From: Kiritimatiellia bacterium
Lineage (GTDB): Bacteria; Verrucomicrobiota; Kiritimatiellia; RFP12; DVOR01
Reading direction: 5' to 3'
DNA length: 40,685 nucleotides
NCBI GenBank assembly: GCA_051892815.1
Contig: JBJFGP010000185.1
Coordinates: 1-40,685 of the forward strand
Positions 39,111 to 40,685 of the stretch are shown here, in pieces (position 1 is the stretch's first letter; every line of letters starts with the position of its first letter). Under the pieces are notes generated by a model. The model was given only the letters and a program-made list of their open reading frames with translations, searched no databases and had not been told where the DNA came from. Made by a program: the position numbers and the translations under genes.

Positions 39111-39149
39111 CGTCTATCCAAGTTTTTCCCCGCCGGATGCGCTCTGGTG

Positions 39150-39178
39150 TTGCTTTCCCGTGGCAAATCCAGTAGAAT
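39150..39178 (+). promoter_or_regulatory. sigma70 promoter
   Basis: TTGCTT-17bp-TAGAAT. Confidence 0.55.
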
Positions 39179-39220
39179 AAAGGTGTCTACGATTTACATG
39201 CACTCCAAGGTACGACTGTG

Positions 39221-39739
39221 ATGAAAAAAGCATTGAGTCTCCTCTTTGTCGCTTGCGCCCTCTGTTGCGCGCCCCTGCTCGCCCAAAGCGAGAATCAAAA
39301 GACCTACGATCCTGCGCCGGTTGCTTTCAACACCAGCACCGAGGCGGATGTCGTCGGGGTTCGTTTCAACTTTCCCTTTGGCCGTTGCGAGCAGGTGACC
39401 GGCTTCGATTTGGGGCTTCTGGGCAATGCCAACAATTTCTTTGGCCTCCAGCTCAACATTCTTCGCAACAAGACCATCGACCGCATGGAAGGTATACAGA
39501 TTGGGCTCGTCAATCTTGCCGGCAATGCGTTTGGACTTCAGGCCGGGCTTTGGAACGAGAATCTGACTGCGGGCGGTTTCTCCGTGGGGCTGGTGAATGT
39601 TGCCGACCACCATTCGGGCATGCAGATTGGAATCATCAACCGGTGCGAATCAATCGATGGTTATCAGATTGGCGTCGTGAATGTCATCCGCTCCTCGGCG
39701 GTGCCTTTCTGCCCTGTCATCAACTTCACTTTCGACTGA
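39221..39739 (+). CDS. exported GxQxGxxN-repeat protein (LA_2272/VC2662-like surface repeat)
   Basis: Signal peptide; repeats GIQIGLVN, GLQAGLWN, GMQIGIIN, GYQIGVVN; C-terminal PVINFTF. Confidence 0.8.
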   Translation: MKKALSLLFVACALCCAPLLAQSENQKTYDPAPVAFNTSTEADVVGVRFNFPFGRCEQVTGFDLGLLGNANNFFGLQLNILRNKTIDRMEGIQIGLVNLAGNAFGLQAGLWNENLTAGGFSVGLVNVADHHSGMQIGIINRCESIDGYQIGVVNVIRSSAVPFCPVINFTFD

Positions 39740-39913
39740 GTTTCTGCCCGCCCCTTTGCCGGCAACTGCGTACGGAGGCTGTGTGCCGTTGGCCAGAAGG
39801 GTGCATTTTTCCGTCCCTGTGGAGCCACTTCGGCAAGCCGCGGCGGTGCTGGTTTGACAATCGCGTTTCTTCTCGCAAGCCCATAGGTCTAAACACAATG
39901 CGCGGCAACGATT

Positions 39914-40061
39914 GGTGCTAACCTGTTCCTCTGGGTGGTGCCAACCTGATGGTCCGAGAGGTTGCTTGGACGGGGGCGGGCAGGTTGGTATGATTGGGAT
40001 GCATTCGTTTACAGGTCCATCGGCTGGTGCAGGGGGACGGATGGCGCAGGAGGTTGCCGAT
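39914..40061. repeat. 23-bp-period array (4 clear units + 1 in phase)
   Basis: GGTGCTAACC 39914, GGTGCCAACC 39937, GGTTGCTTGG 39960, GGTTGGTATG 39983, GGTTGCCGAT 40052. Confidence 0.75.
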
Positions 40062-40166
40062 TGGGGGAGCCGGGCGAATCTCAATCGTAGAGCCAGTGAG
40101 GGGATGGGGTCCTGAACAACTCGATAAGCGTGCAGGGAGTTTTTTTCATAGCAGGAGAGATTGAGG

Positions 40167-40685
40167 ATGAGAATCAAAGCATTTCAGGCATTGCGCCCCA
40201 CGGTTGAAGCGGCCAAGCAGGTCGCGGCGGTTCCGTATGATGTGGTCGACACGGCGGAGGCCAAGGTCTTGGCCGAGGGCAATCCCCGCTCCTTCCTCCA
40301 TGTTTCACGCCCGGAAATCGACCTCCCGCCCGACACTGACATCCACTCGGACGCGGTGTACGCCCAAGGTCGAAAGGCCCTCGACACCCTGGTCCAGGCG
40401 GGCACGCTCCTTCGGGAAGGCAAGGATTCGCTCTATCTCTATCGTCAGACCATGGGCGAACATAGCCAAACCGGGTTGGTCGCGACCTGCCATGTCGGGG
40501 ACTACGAGGGAAATATCATCCGCAAGCACGAGAAGACCCGAAAGGATAAGGAAGACGACCGCACGCGCCACTGCCTGGAACTCAACGCCAACACCGGCCC
40601 CGTCTTTCTGACCTATCGCGATGAAGCCCCAATCGATGCCCTTTCCGAAGCCGTCACCGCGACACCTCCGCTCTACGACTTTACC
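40167..40685 (+). CDS. DUF1015 family protein, runs off window
   Basis: Own translation: MRIKAFQALRP...VPYDVV...SFLHVSRPEID...YLYRQTM...IRKHEKTRKDKEDDR. Confidence 0.9.
   Translation, partial: MRIKAFQALRPTVEAAKQVAAVPYDVVDTAEAKVLAEGNPRSFLHVSRPEIDLPPDTDIHSDAVYAQGRKALDTLVQAGTLLREGKDSLYLYRQTMGEHSQTGLVATCHVGDYEGNIIRKHEKTRKDKEDDRTRHCLELNANTGPVFLTYRDEAPIDALSEAVTATPPLYDFT

Noticed and set aside
5701-40061. Arrays as CRISPR or TIGR arrays
   Set aside because: Cores are only 10 bp and degenerate, period 23 bp, dispersed and within genes; no cas or Nop-domain gene in the window
40050-40130. c-di-AMP (ydaO) riboswitch resemblance (GGTTGCCGA..GGGGGAGCC..GGGCGAATC..GTAG..TAAGCG)
   Set aside because: Core CCGNCAGCTAAC and required helices absent
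20595-40487. Isolated GGTCGCGACC at 20595 and 40478, and single variants at 1715, 3511, 20158
   Set aside because: No phased neighbours seen; the coding ones are explained by LVAT codons

Overview
GC-rich bacterial chromosomal segment. Gene content and a DxDGDG...FKVEV C-terminal domain suggest Kiritimatiellota/PVC superphylum (inference). It carries housekeeping blocks (nfnAB, gdhA, dapAB, tRNA-Cys, amtB-glnK with a sigma54 promoter, dtd, larE-like, two divergent phosphofructokinases, dxs, fumarase alpha, ThiF/MoeB, recD2, orphan rnfE, RluA, rodZ-like, ftsK, cdaR-cdaA-folP-ftsH, NifU-like/GGGtGRT, DUF1015). An accessory block (~5.9-15.3 kb) holds an AdhR/NmlR-type MerR operon, an ECF sigma/Ser-Thr kinase pair and two paralogous FGE-sulfatase-fold exported proteins. 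The most unusual signal is non-genic: at least 10 dispersed arrays of a degenerate 10-bp palindrome (GRT-N4-AYC, e.g. GGTTGCAACC / CCTGCCTACC) repeated every 23 bp with unique 13-bp spacers. They occur in most larger intergenic gaps and inside dtd, dxs and ftsK, and by eye most coincide with local G-rich to C-rich strand-skew switches. A pseudoknot-rich candidate ncRNA (3446-3690) and a candidate RNA switch in the amtB leader were also seen. All calls are by-eye; no searches were run.
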